Part shown: positions 63,426 through 64,000 of the stretch, piece after piece
Position numbering within the stretch: position 1 is the first letter of the stretch
Layout of the letters: each line of letters starts with the position of its first letter
Source: Neoechinorhynchus agilis
Lineage: Eukaryota > Animalia > Acanthocephala
NCBI GenBank assembly: GCA_051530055.1
Contig: CM121341.1
Coordinates: forward strand, 248,001-312,000
DNA length: 64,000 nucleotides
Direction: 5' to 3'
Made by a program: the position numbers and the translations under genes
The notes under the pieces: generated by a model
What the model saw: only the letters and a program-made list of their open reading frames with translations
What the model was told of the DNA's origin: nothing
Database searches by the model: none

Positions 63426-63776
63426 ATTTATATATATTAACATCATGCCTTCGAACGTGCGCATCTTGTGCACACGTACGCGACCACACCATCATGACCT
63501 TTGGTTTACAAAGACTCACGATGACGACGACCACCACGACCACAACTGTCTCTACGTCACTACCAAGATCCCACTGTTTTTTGAATATAGTCACAACTGT
63601 GACGATTACAAGCGCGTATTCAACCACGTTGCCAGCTCATGACGATAGTCAACGACCACCTTTTTCAATTTAACTTGTCTACGTTGATACCACCACCACC
63701 ACGCTCCTCTTAAAAGAAACGTGGCACGCGTGTTATGTGTGTGGCAACACTTTTGAAGGTGCTACCTATCTCTCTG
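63426..63776 (-). other. ITS1
   Basis: Lies between the 18S end and 5.8S. Confidence 0.8.
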
Positions 63777-63824
<48 letters not shown>

Positions 63825-63918
63825 GTCCTCTAAATGGTTAAGTTCGGTAAACTTTTAGATTTCGCAGTGGCACTTGTGGCACCATGCAATCTATCCGAAA
63901 ACCTCACTAAACCATTCG

Positions 63919-63962
<44 letters not shown>

Positions 63963-64000
63963 GTCAACGCGAAATAATGATTCACGCTTACTAGGAATTC
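63777..64000 (-). rRNA. 18S: 18S rRNA 3' end (partial)
   Basis: TTGTACACACCGCCCGTC...GTCGTAACAAGG...CCTGCGGAAGGATCA. Confidence 0.98.

Overview
Eukaryotic (metazoan) nuclear DNA, not prokaryotic. An embedded GT-rich mitochondrial insert reads with TGA=Trp in the order cox2-trnC-cox3-nad2-cox1, which suggests an acanthocephalan (Syndermata); this is inference. Three zones: (1) 1-38.9 kb, a retroelement and rDNA junkyard (28S fragments, several 28S-targeting R2-like families, Penelope-like elements with hammerhead ribozymes, CRE, L2/CR1, RTE and I-like LINEs, satellites, a NUMT); (2) 39.6-53.6 kb, a compact housekeeping block (CIR1, SRPRB, DHX37, polyubiquitin, RTF1, MGAT1); (3) 53.9-64 kb, satellites followed by a deleted 18S-ITS1-5.8S-ITS2-28S unit on the minus strand. 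Main discovery candidate: SRPRB, DHX37 (x2), RTF1 and MGAT1 (x2) are interrupted by six 49-1046 nt insertions that mostly share no primary sequence. Each follows an exonic TA, ends in TA (CA once), and has its two ends joined by a 10-16 bp helix, with G-U wobbles in most. In 5 of 6 the helix base lies exactly 4 nt from the 3' junction. Removing them TA-to-TA restores conserved protein motifs, so these look like a non-canonical hairpin-defined intron (or DNA-excision) system. Secondary: an R2-like ORF that begins at an ATG belonging to the 28S target. All analysis was by eye, coordinates of decayed elements are approximate, and the many abrupt junctions could partly reflect assembly.
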